Assembly (NCBI GenBank): GCA_020891255.1
Contig: BQFW01000013.1
Span: forward strand, 2,542,001-2,606,000
Reading direction: 5' to 3'
DNA length: 64,000 nt
From: Entomortierella parvispora E1425
Lineage: Eukaryota; Fungi; Mortierellomycota
Positions 13,312-25,241 of this stretch are shown piece after piece (the first letter of the stretch is position 1; each line of letters begins with the position of its first letter). The translations under genes were made by a program, and so were the position numbers. Under the pieces are notes generated by a model. The model was given only the letters and a program-made list of their open reading frames with translations. It made no database searches and had not been told where the DNA came from.

Positions 13312-16288
13312 TTACAGCTTGGACTTGGGAGCCTCGAGCAAGGTCTGCTCAAAGAGCTGCTTCATCTCAGTGGCAGACTCCTTCAAGTAGTGGTGGAGAC
13401 GCTCGGGCTGCATGTTCTTCATCGAGGCAACGTTGAAGCTCAAGTTGTGCTCGTTGACCATGTAGGCAACTCCGTAACCGTCGGGGACGACCTCACCCCA
13501 ACCGTATCCATCAAAGTACTCGCCAGACAACTGAGAAGTCGACAAGTTCCAGTGGCAGGAGCGGCTAAAGATATCCTGTGCAAACATCTCGGGCTTGGAC
13601 TCGTGGGCCTTGAGGGACAAACGGAGTCCCAACAAGTGGCGATCGACACCCTGGCCCTCAACAGCCTTGGCCATGTAGCTGACATGGGACTCGAGAGCCT
13701 TCTTGAACAAGTCAGTCTTCTCGGCAGCAGACTTGAAGGGATCCTCCATAGCCTTGACCCAGGCAACAGACTCGGTGCTGACAGTGCGGCAAGTCTCGGT
13801 ACGACCGTGCTGGAACTTGCGGACCTGGGCAGACTCGTAGGTGGGGTTGGAGACACCGTGCATCTTGAAGTAGGCAAGCTGGATGATCATCTGGACATAG
13901 GCATCGGGAGAGCACTTGAACTTCTTGATCAAGCCCTTGCCGTATCCCTCGTAGTTCTGGACGTGGAGTCCGTGCTTGCCAATCAACTCGTCAAAGTTCT
14001 TCTCCGAGGCCTCAATGGCCTTGTGGACAGCAGTGTTGAAGGCAAAGTTGAGCTTCTTGGGGGCCTCCAAGGAAGAAGAGACCTGGGCGGAGCCGTGGTT
14101 AATCTTGTTCTGAGCCAAGTTGGTGAGGACATAGTCGTTCAAGCGGCAGGTGGGGGTACCGTCCATGGTCGAGTGCTATTTCAAATTCAGATCAATTAAT
14201 GAGCGTGAAGGTGAGCAAGTGGGTCATAATTTTTTGTGGTTGTGATCACATTCTCCAAGAGATGAAACAAAAAAATTGCATTCAATGTCGATGATCCAGA
14301 TTGCTTACCTCGCCCATGAATCCAGCCTTGCCGTTCTCAAAGACGATGAACTGAAGAGACTTGTCAAAGAAGCGGTTGCGACCATCTCCGTGCCAGCAGG
14401 CGCGCGAGACCTCGTCACGGGTAACGGGGCTAGAGTCATCCAAGCAGAGCAAGAAAACCGAAGACTCGATCTTACGGAGGAGCTCCTCGTTCTGGGAGCC
14501 GGCGTTGATGAGGGTCTTGCGAGCCTAGAGTAGATGAAGCATAGAGGGAAGGATGTCAGTTTAGGCCAATGGGTTGATCGGAGCATGGTCTCCACAAAAG
14601 ATCAGGACCGATCGGACTCTCCCATGTGAGAGAGCGAGTAGGTTTGCCGCCGAGAAGCCGGTCCGTGTTGCGAAGAGCCGATGAGGCCCTGGAGCAGTAG
14701 CAGTAGCAGGAGAAAGGAGACCTGTCCAAACAGCGTGCTCGCCGATGAAAATTGACCCTTCCCAATAAAGTAAATGCAAAGGTCGGACCTCGGTTTGCCC
14801 TGAATGGGAAACAAAAATGACGCGGATCTCAAGGTGACAGTGCGGGGTGCGCGTTGCGGCCATGTGAGAATGGAGAGGAAGGCGAAACGTGGTGTGGATA
14901 ATGCACAGTGCTTGTAATCAAGATCAAACATAGCACCGCTGTTGTCGATAGCATGGGAAGCACAACAAACATCACCCACTTGAACACACACAACAAAGTA
15001 GAAAGGAAACCCAAAGAACCTTTTTTGGGTCTGCTCTTGCAGATAAAAAAAAATAGTCCAGTGAGCCCTCGTCCGAACGGATCGCATGAAGAACCGAAGA
15101 ACCGAGATGACCGGTCCATAATCTGATCCCTCTTTCTTGTTCACACCCGAGGAGAATAAAAAAGAGGATCATCGGCCCGATGAAAATGACCGATCATGGT
15201 CCAGTCCTACACTTTGGACCTTCAATTGCCCTGCATATTCTTCCATTCCCAAAGAAAAAGAAAAAAAAGAAAAAAGAATAAAGGCCTACCTCGGTCCAGA
15301 TATCACGGTTGTCAGAGGTCAAGGCACCGATGGCGGGGTCCTTGCGATCACCAGCCAGCTTGACAATGGCGTCCAACTGAGCCTCAATATCGGCAGTGCT
15401 CAAGGGCTTGCCATCCTTGATCAGATCAAAGGTGAAGAACTGGTTGTGACGGACAACGGCAACATGGTTGTTCTGAGCAGGGTCAAAGGCCAACTCGAAA
15501 TCGCTGGGCTTAGCGGGGTATCTGCAGGCGTTGAACATGTACTTGTAGGTCGAAGAGTCCAAAGGCTGCTTCTTGGCCATCTCGGGGGCCAAAGACTCAT
15601 CAACGACCTGGCGACGGAAATCCATGGCAGCCTGGATGATGGAGGCAGCACGCTGGGTGGGCTTCTTGCGGAGACGGTCATCCTTGTAGGCATAAAAGTA
15701 AGAGACATAGATCACAACGGGATCGCGGTATCCAAAGTAGGCGAGATCGTTCCACCAGTCCTCAAGCCAGTTGACGGTCTTGGGGTCGTTGGCCTTGGCC
15801 AAAAGACGCTTCTGCAATTCCTCGCCCACACCGCCAGACTTTTGGAACTCGGCGACGGCAGCAGAGGTCTTTGCGAACTCGTCATCGTTCAACAAGGGGC
15901 GAACGGACTTCAAGTACTTTGCGCAAGTGTCGGCCAAAGAAGGCACGGGGAGCTTGGGCAAGGCAGTGTCATAGCGGTAGAGGGGGCCCTTGGACAAGTC
16001 GGGCTGGCCAACAGCGGGAGCGGCGGCGGCGCTGGTGTAGTTTCTGTAGAGCATGTTGGAAAGGATCTAAGGAGAAGAGGAGGTTAAAGAAGAGGAGACA
16101 GGAAGAGGGGTGAGGTGAGCAAGAAGAACAAAAGGCAAGAGAGACAAAACAAAAGCTGCTCGCAAAAGGAGAACTATGCACGTAACGAACGTAACGTAAC
16201 GCACCTTTGGCTGCTGGGGCTTGATGGAGGTCTTGAAAGAGTTGAGGAGGAAGGGTCTGGATGCAGAGGCCAAGGCGCGAAGAGACAT
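13312..16288 (-). CDS. CAT2: Carnitine O-acetyltransferase, 4 exons, with N-terminal mitochondrial-like presequence and C-terminal PTS1 (SKL)
   Basis: LPKLPVPSL, NWLEDWW, WHGDGRNRFFDKSLQF, EHSTMDGTP (catalytic His), TYESAQVRKFQHGRTE, GQGVDRHLLGL, GWGEVVPDGYG; ends SKL-TAA. Confidence 0.95.
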
Positions 16289-17638
16289 GAAGGAGGGCTT
16301 TCGAATGTGTTTGAAGGGGATGGTCGGGATTCGGATGAGGATGGAAGAGAGAGTGGAGCGGGAAGAAGAGAAAGAAGAGAAAGAAGAAGTAAGAGAGAAA
16401 GAGTACAAAGGAGCGGCGGGCAGACTCGGCCGACGCGGGGTGTCTTTTATACGGACGACGACGAACGATCGACGATGGGTCGTCTTGTTCTTGTTCTTCT
16501 TCAGGGCAACACCCACTCGCTCGACTGCGACCACAAACGACCTCAGCGACTCTGCGACTGACCAGCGAGCAGAAAGAGAGAGCGATCCACTCCCGAGCAG
16601 CGCCGGGCGGGTCACGTGCAGAGGGTCTTCCGTGATGTCCCACGGGTGCAGAAGGGCAGACCGTGCACAGAGTTTGTGCGTCTGTTTCGGGCCTGGGTCT
16701 ATCTTTTAATTGTATGTATTATAATACTGACACCAGCAAAAAAGGTGGGGAAGCAATTGGCCGGGTCTGCGAGCGGGCAACTGCCTTTTTGTTCATCATC
16801 CTCCCTTGTCCCCTTCTCCACAAACCTTTTTTCTCCTCCTAACCCTGTTCACCGTGCCCTCTTCTCGTCTCGTCGCCTGCTCGTGTTGGTGGCCATGGAG
16901 AAAACCGGAACTGACAATCGACCTTTTGAGATTCGGTCTCTGCTTTGTTCATGACCACGAGCCCCCCGTTCGTTTCTAACCTGCTTGTCTCTTTCACCTT
17001 GATCTGCGAAGGAAGGAAACGGGCAGAGCCCTGTGGAGTCACACCAATGGACGCCTGTGTTGTGTCAGTCTTGAACAGTTCTGGCCCCCATGACAAAGAC
17101 CACGTTGCCTGCTACTTTCTCTAAATATCTTCTCACGGCTGCCGCAACTCTCACGGTCGCGATTCGTCTCCTCATCTGACTCATTCATTCATCTTTCTTT
17201 TTCCTCAATTTATCAAAGTCTCCAATAAGCAGGATAAAACGGAGAACCAGCAACACAACCTTCAACTCTTGGACATCTGGACTTGACTTTCAGTCAGGCT
17301 CGAGGATTGCCAATAGATCCTCATTCACCTTCCGCACTTGCTTGACATAGAGAAGAAAGTATTATTATTGTTATACAGAAAAAAACATGGTATGAAAAAG
17401 TCTACGGAAAGAGAGAAAAAACAAAGTCGCCTAATCCTGGACTCTCAAGAAAATGATGATGACAAAACAAGATGCCAAATAAAAAAACAAAAAGCTAAAC
17501 AGAAGCTGACCATTGGAAAGAGACAGGTCTAGAGTTGCGGGTGAACGAACAGATGACGCGCCAAAATATGTAAAAGAATGGGTATAGAAAGAGAAAAAGT
17601 TGCGTGTGAAGATCAGACCAGAGTGTGGCACTATACCA

Positions 17639-20075
17639 CTATACCAGAGGCCGACGAGCCTTGATATCCTCTGATCCGTATGCATCCACTTCATCCGCAC
17701 TGTCCTCCTCATCGGAGGAATCCATGTTGAAAATCACCATATTCCTGAGAGGGCTGCTTGCCTTTGGTGATGTCCTGGGTGAGTTGCGCGGCGTAGGCCT
17801 GGGTGAGTTACGTGGTGAAGTCCGCGGAGCAGTCTTGGTCGTAACCTTGGGTTGCGACTGGGTATTCTTGGAGGAGGAAGTCAACTCTCTAGACTCTCCG
17901 CCCTTTTTACTCAAGGTATCCTGTGGATGAAGGGACTGTTGCCCTTTGGAATAACTGCTGGAGGAAGTTTGCGCCTGCTCCGATCCGTTTTGAGTAGACG
18001 ATCTTGTAGAGGTAATGCCGCCCGGACCTCTTACAACAGTTCGACTCTGTCCCAATTCTGCCTCCTCGTCCAAGTCTGTCATCGCAAGGCCTACATAGTT
18101 GCCACTGCTTGATCCTGAAGTGGCTGGGCGACGTCCATTGCTGGAGGATGTTGACGAGAAAAAGAACGATCCAATACTAAGTGCTGGACTCTCCACATGT
18201 CCGGACTCGTCCTCGTAAATCGCCCCGGTAAGAACGGCCTCATCATAGGCTACTTTCCATGCCAAGTAGAGTAGTCGCAGCAGTACGACCAAGAAGGGGC
18301 CGTTGTAAAGTACAACGTCGACAATGATCTCAAGGGGGATCAAAATGTGCCTAGAGTCTTTGTGGACATTACAAAGCTCCAGCAACAAATAATGGATAGG
18401 CATGTAGAGAATACCAAGATACCACTACACAAAGGCCAATGTTAGACATATTTTCTTTGACTCTTATAAAATCCAGCAGATGGCTGCTTCGCCTTTGAGA
18501 TTCTTACCTTGAACGACCACAAGTCCCTGGGAAACTTTCCAAACAGAACGACCCCACTTTGGGCCGGTCTGGTAACGACATGAAACAAAAAGATCATGCC
18601 AATTGCATACCAAATCTGACTTGTCATCCATCGAATTCCATTGGAAGACCAGTCATAAAAGGGAAGTGGTTCTTGCCATCCACGCAGCATGTACAAGACG
18701 TTGGAACAAAGAGTGAGAAATGTTGCAGTGATGCAAACCGCACCCATGATTCGGTAGTTGGCGGCAACAGGCGGTGGGAGCAACGCTATATTCATACGGC
18801 AAAGGGTTAGGTTTCAAGCTTTTGTACAGTTGGTCCTGCGCGTTGCATGTCCAAAGATCCAGTACACTACCTTTTGCGATTGTCTCGTTCGTGATATGCA
18901 TGCGATTGCTACCAATAAAAAAATGGAAAAGAACAATCTCGAATGTCAGTAACGTTGCCAAAAGATGAATGAGGCTGAGGAGGACCAGGAGAATCAGGCT
19001 CAGCGAGGCTGTTGCTTCATGCATGTCAAGAATAACTCGGGCACGGAAAAAAAGGAGGCTGTGGTTGAAAGGCCATTACCTTTTTTGGCGGCAATAGAGC
19101 AGCAATCCAAGCATCACAACAATGTCAAAGATTGGTCCCAGCATCGAGGAGATCTACGCATAAAAGAAGCGGCACGTGCATTAGACAGAGTCATTGAGAC
19201 ACGAGGGAGCTGCAGTCCACGGTTTGCAAAGGTTGGCTCCGGGATTGCGAACAAGTGGATATAGGCTGTATGCTGAGAAAAGTATTCCAAAGTAACGTCA
19301 AGAACCAGGAGTCAAGGGAGCGATGGAGCTAGGAGCCGAAAAGTCAGGGTCAGGGACAAATCCAAGGCCGTGACCTAACAGGGACTCGACCTCCTTTGAC
19401 TAGTCCTGTTTTTTGCTCGCCCTTCACAAAGAAATGCCTGTAACCGCTGGTTCGGGTCGTGTTATAGGAAACAAATGGAGGTTGAGCAAGCTGTCCAGTC
19501 GTTGCGTGTTGGCTGCGTGATATTCCAATGTCGACATAGCCACCTGTGAGGCCCTGTCATCATCCTGTGTCTGTGTTTGTGTCTGTCTCCATCTACTGTT
19601 CTTGCTCCTGCGCCTGCTACGCTTTTTGACTTACAATGCACCCTAGAAAAGTAATCGAACAAAAAGGACGATTGGTCAGTGTTATTGTTCTTCAAGCAAG
19701 AGCGGTTGGTTCATTGTACTAGATTGGATGGGGACTAATAAAACTAAAAGCCCTGAACTCTAGTTTCGGCCCGAACTTTGAGCCAAGGCAAAAAGACCGC
19801 AAAGATGGCAAAGGAATGAAAGGTGGTTGAAGAAGGGCAGTGGAGCCAACGTCGGTAGGAGGGAGCAGGCACTTACAGAGAACATAGCCAAGAATCTCCC
19901 AGCGGCCCATGCGCATGCGCAACAGGACTTGGTTTTCCATTATCAACACGCCGATGCCAAGCAAGGATGACACCAAGCCCGCATAAGCCCGCCAGTCATC
20001 AAAAAAGGGTTGTAGAAAGGTGATGACGGCATGAATGTTCCTGGACCAGTCGTCGTATGGTGAGTCAATCTCCAT
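17639..20075 (-). CDS. Multi-pass membrane protein, probably a divergent PQ-loop (Ypq/PQLC2-like) transporter
   Basis: Several hydrophobic exons. Segments SLDSWFLTLLW, QPLQTISSMLGPIFDIVVML and VTRPAQ resemble PQ-loop repeats. Acidic/Ser-rich C-tail. Family call made by eye. Confidence 0.55.
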
Positions 20076-20661
20076 GGTGCGGTTGTCCCGGTTGAAAGCA
20101 GATAGGAAGGGCGAGGGTGAGGGAGAGACGGGAGAATGGTGTGTGGGAGGGGAAAAGTGAAGGATGCCCAGACGGGTAAATGAACAGGCGGTGTTTGAAG
20201 GTTCAAGTCAGAGCAGAAGGAAGGGAGGGGGAGAAGACGAGGGATGGAGAGATAAGAAGGACGGAGCAAGGATGAAGCAGAAGAAACAGATTAGAGGAAT
20301 AAAAGGATGGAGAGAGAGAGGGAAGGACGGAGAAACGATCGCATGAATGAATGAATGAATAATGGATGGATGGACGGGAAGAGGGAGAGAGCAAGGAGAA
20401 GAAAAGAGAGCCGTTGCAGACTGTTTGAGTGCGTGCGTCTGCATGTGCTTTGGGCTGGCGTGCATTGGTCCGATTTCTTTTGGAATAGTTGAAGACTTGG
20501 AATATATAATATATTTATTCTAGATTCCCACTTTTTTGAATTATTTAATAGGAGATTTTATTTTAGATAGATATTTTAGAGAAGCGAAAGATGTGAAGGA
20601 TGTAGGCGGACGGATGGGAAGGATGGGACAATTATATCAGGGTGAAATGCAACAGCATAGC

Positions 20662-21902
20662 TTAGGCGGAGCAGATGGCCTTGATCTTGCTGACCTCCTT
20701 GGCGCTGATATCGGCACAGGCCTTGGCGCAGAGACCGGCAGCAGCCTGGAACTTCAATCCGATCGACTCGGAGACCTTGACGTCGCCAGTGACGTTGATC
20801 TTGACCAACAACAAGTTGACAGAGAACTTCTTGACCTCCAAGTCGATGCAGGCCTTGATCTTGGCAGCCAACTTGGCCTTGATCTCGGCGGAAATCTGGA
20901 CAGAGGCCTTGGTGGTGAGCTTGATGGCATCCGAGACAATGTTCTTGGCCTGGAGCTTGATGGAGGCAGCATCCTTCTTGGGGCAACGCTTGGTGATGAT
21001 GGCAGCAATGTTGGCCTTCAAGTTGGCAGTGAACTGGGCCTTGATCTCGGCATCAACCTCGGCCTTGACAGAGGCCTTGATGGAGGACTGGAGAGCAGCA
21101 GACAACTTGGCACCGAGACCGAAATCAAAGTTAACGAGTCCGCTAGAGAGGAAAAGGAAAGAGGAGGCACATGGTCAGAGGTTTGTATACAAGAGAAAAA
21201 TTGGTGGCGTATGTGCCTGGATCGGGAGAGACCGCAACCGTTGGCCAATCACAGGGCAGTGGGAATGGGCACGCGTAGGTTTGGGTTTTTTTGTTTGTCC
21301 CAGGGTGGGGAAAGGCTCTCTTGGACTGTTGTCGAACCGACAGCTGGAGTAGGTCTTGCCTCCCTTGGGGAAGACAATCGAACAAGAGCCTCGACCCAGG
21401 TGCTCACTTTGGAAAAAAAAAACTGGCCGATGTGTGTGCCACTGCTGCCGTTATCCCTCGTCGCGGTTCTACTGCTCACATCCCACACGATTGGTTGCTG
21501 AACAACAAAGTTGTCTGTCACGGCCGATAGACAGCGCCTCTTGTCATCCCTCTTCCAAAATAAATCGAAATCTCTGGGGGGGGGGGCATACGAAGAGCGA
21601 AAAGGCAAAGAGTGAAAAGGAGGAGGGGAGAAAGAAAAGAAATAAAGTACTCACGTAATCTGGACGCTCAAATCGGTCTGGACAGCAGAAGACAAATCGG
21701 CATCAGTGCAAACATCGGCGTAGGCCTTGGCGACGATACTGGCTTGCTCGCTGACCAAAAGGCTGACAGTGGCATCGAAAGCGGCAGTGGGACAAACGGT
21801 CTTGGCCTCGGCAGCACGGATCTCAAGACCAGACTCGGCCGAGGCAGCGGTGCACAGCATGGCAATCATGGCCAAGAAGAAGGCGAAAATGGCGGTTCTC
21901 AT
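20662..21902 (-). CDS. Secreted Ala/Lys/Ile/Val-rich helical protein, 242 aa, 2 exons
   Basis: Signal peptide MRTAIFAFFLAMIAMLCTAASA. Exon 1 21655-21902 (GTGAGT donor) joins exon 2 20662-21142 in frame. TATA-like TATAAAAA about 200 nt upstream. Confidence 0.85.
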
Positions 21903-24900
21903 GATGAATGGATGTTCGAGGGTGAGAGAAGGGAGAGGTTAAAGGAAGGGGGGAGGTTGGTTGGTTGGTTTAGTTTAGATGGCCAGGAGATGTGGCGATG
22001 GGAGGGGCAACTGCAAAGAGTTGGAGTGTGAGGCGCGTAGAGGCGGTGGGGGGGTGAGAAGGATGAGGATTAGGATGAAGAAAAAAAAAGTGGGCAGAAG
22101 TCGAGACTTTTTATACGTCTTCAACAACCAACAGCGCGGTCGGTTGAAGGGTTGTATACAGTACAGTACCTGTCCAGCGGGATCTGTATCGAAACTCTGA
22201 ATTAGATGCATGCTTTTCATGCAGTCCCTGACGCGCCACTGTGCTCCACAACCGCGTCAAAGCGAGGAGCTGTGTGAGTATGCCAAGCGGAGCTGCACAT
22301 GCAAGGTTTTATTCAATACTGGGGGTTGTCATTGCCGGAATCAATTGAGAAATATCGAGAATAGAATAAAGCAGCCTGTTGTTTCTTTTCTCTTTTGTTG
22401 CATGGTGAAGAGCCGCCGTGAGAGGAAAAGGAAATGGGGCGGAGAGAAAACGGTTTGTCGAGGCCCGAGGGTAGTCTCTCGCCCTGCAAGTTTGCTGGAC
22501 ATGAGATAGCGAAGGTACTGTAAGCAGCTGAAAGCGTTTGCTCCACGTCCTGGGCGGGCCACTGAACATCCACACAACGATACAATGTGAGCCCGGTTTT
22601 CTCGAGTCCGTCTCTTTTTGTCTTTTTTTATTTTTTTTTGCGTTCAGGCAGTTGTAGTCACACATGGTTTCTCTTTTGTAGAGAGGAAACCCGCTTCGTT
22701 AAAGGGGAGAGGGGCAAAATACAGATCGGAGGAAAGATGCAGCTCAACGACTGTAAACAATCGGACCAGAAAAAACAACTCTTTCTCATGGGGAGTGGGG
22801 TGATGAAAGAATGGCTTCCTTCACCGAGAGCTTTTGTCCTTTTGAAAGACAAGCGCTGTCTTCTACGCCGATCTCCCCTCCACCCTCCCTTTGTGAATCT
22901 TCACCTTGGCACAACATTTTCATAGAGAGAGGATTTCTGCTTCCCCAGGGCTGGCCATCACAAATTCCAACTGCCGGGAGGGAGAGAAAGAGTTGATGGA
23001 TGACGAATGTGTTTAGACAGGTACCAATAATGTACACCGGGTTCAAGGATACATGGATCCAAGGTGAACACAAGATGATGGTCCAATATGTGAGGCAGGG
23101 GGCATTCGATGATCCAAGGATTTATTAATATCCGCATCTTATGTATGTCCAACGAAACACTTTAGAAGGACAACAAAAATAACAACGGCAACCATTCCAA
23201 GGGAGAGGATATCTGTTGGATTCTTGCGCACTGTCCCAAACCCTACAGCGTCCCCTGAGATTCCCCCCCTTTCTCGTCTTCTGAAATGAAAACAAACAAG
23301 GAGGGTGGGACTTGGCTAGTCGTTGCAAGACTTGGAACAATCGGTAACTGGAATGCAAACAACCCCGGGGAACAGCAATTGATCTCGCGTCGCGACCGGA
23401 CAAAAGAAAAAACACTCAGGAGTAGAGGCAAGTATGCCATGCATGGAAAACACAACCATACCCTTCCACAGGGATCTTCCTTTTTCCTTTGGACACGACA
23501 GGAGGCCACCGATGCAGACACACAGGTGCAAACAGACAGGTGATAGCTTGTCGAGTGAGGACAAGGGAACTCCACAGAAGTGAGTGACAACGGCGACATT
23601 CCTCATGCCATTAACATTCCTTCCTCAACATAGATACAGAGCGCACACATGTCCCCACCTCTCTGTCATTCCCGCGCCTTCAATTGCTCGATCTCGTGGC
23701 ATTCCAGACGGAGGAGAGGAGGCGAGGAGAGGAGTTGTTGATAGTCTTGAAATTTAGACGCTAACGGTTACATGCAAAGACCGTACATTGCACCATAGCA
23801 ACCTCCGGAAGTACGGGTGAACGAATAGATATGAATGCCGCGTACATGTACTCTACAAAATTGGGACCCATATGCCATTCGAGCGGCAAGTGAGGAGATT
23901 CTGGCTCCTGGCACTTGCGTTTGTGTTCGCGTTTAGTAGAGAAAAGTGCCCGCATGGTGGTAGTGCGCAAGACATACATACTGCACAAATGAGATGGCCA
24001 ATGTACCCAAAGGATATATTCCTTAGAGTACATGAAAGAGATGGGTCGTGATGATCTGTTCTGTAGACGGGCAGATGGCAGAGGGAGAGCGGACCTTAAT
24101 GTGGCATGATCTGATACAGCGTACCAAGGCCGATGTACTTCAGCTGTCTTTTGCTCTGCACAGTTGCGGACGGTGTCTGCTGGCATACGGTCATCCCCAG
24201 CGAGACGAGAGCACGTCCTCATGATTGAGAGCCCTCTACAAAAAAGAAAAAAAGAGGAAAAAAAAAGCACCCACCCACTGGCACCTGCCTCGTTCCTTTG
24301 TTTGTGAGGTGCAAGAGTACCGGGCCGTTTATGAAAGTCCCGCTTCACGTTGCTGTTGTTGGCAAAAAAAAAAACATGGTTGTCTAAGAATAGGGCATCT
24401 TTCTTCATGAAAACTACATGTGCCCCTTCCCTTTCATCTACTCGGGCCAACGTGTCACAAAGGAAACACCGTTTATTTACATCTCTTTGTTTATCAGCTT
24501 TCAAATCCCTCGATATGAACCGAAAGACCCCATGTGTTGTCTTTATGCCTGACTTTCATTCCAAGACTCTGTGCAACGACACGGGTCTCATGTTGAGGCT
24601 TTCCTCATGGGTACAATGGCTTTCTGGCTGGCCTGCATTGGCCCTGGCTTGTCTCCTGCGCACCTTTCAGCCCTCTAGAAAAAAAATAGGCGTTGTGCGG
24701 CTGAGTGGGCCGAAACATCAGATCTGTTGGTCCGTGAGGTGTCCTTGGCCTGTTCAATGCTGTGCTCCTTCCACTAGCTGGACTCGAATCCTTAACAAAC
24801 AGGAAAAAAAAACGCGCTAAAAAAATGTCCGGCTCGCGATCAGACTTAGCTCGAAATAAAAAAAAAAATGGCTCAAGAGGTGGGGTCAGTGGATGCGCTG

Positions 24901-25241
24901 CAGGGTTGAGAGCCGATCGAGGGGGGTCAAAGTCATGTTTTGGTAATTTGGTCAACAAATGTTTGCATCCCAGCTCCTCTCTGACTCTCAATTGTGTTGA
25001 CAAGCTGCCTATCGCTTTTGGATTTTAGCCCTTTTGTCCCTTTTGTCGGCAACAGCTCACCGAGACCAGCAGCGGACCGGGGAACAGACATGGGTTTGAC
25101 AGGGGTCAGGAGAAGCTAGTGCTAGGCAAGCTCAGGAGGACCCGGCTCAAAGTTGCCTTCTGAGCAGATTTGCCCGCTTATCCCTGGCTTGATCAGCCGT
25201 TGATGCTACAGGGTTATTTTTGTCTTGTTGGGTCATGAAAT

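Noticed and set aside
13306-16087. Long plus-strand ORFs (297 and 316 aa) antisense to carnitine acetyltransferase
   Set aside because: They mirror the sense exons. Strong codon bias removes antisense stops, and the products have no recognisable features.
19261-19374. Alternative hydrophobic frame with an internal TGA (VTALDLSL...LP*LLVLD) as a second readthrough case
   Set aside because: A simpler exon (19221-19328) in another frame needs no recoding and joins both neighbours in phase.
20536-21501. 321-aa plus-strand ORF opposite the secreted Ala/Lys-rich gene
   Set aside because: Shadow of the biased sense exon running into CT-rich intron sequence.
24700-24800. tRNA-like (GACTCGAATCC) or hammerhead-like (CTGAGTG...GAAAC) motifs
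   Set aside because: No cloverleaf stems, and the catalytic consensus is not met.
22200-25200. Assorted 60-247 aa ORFs in the 3-kb gap
   Set aside because: No domain signatures, consistent splice structure or codon bias. Treated as intergenic.
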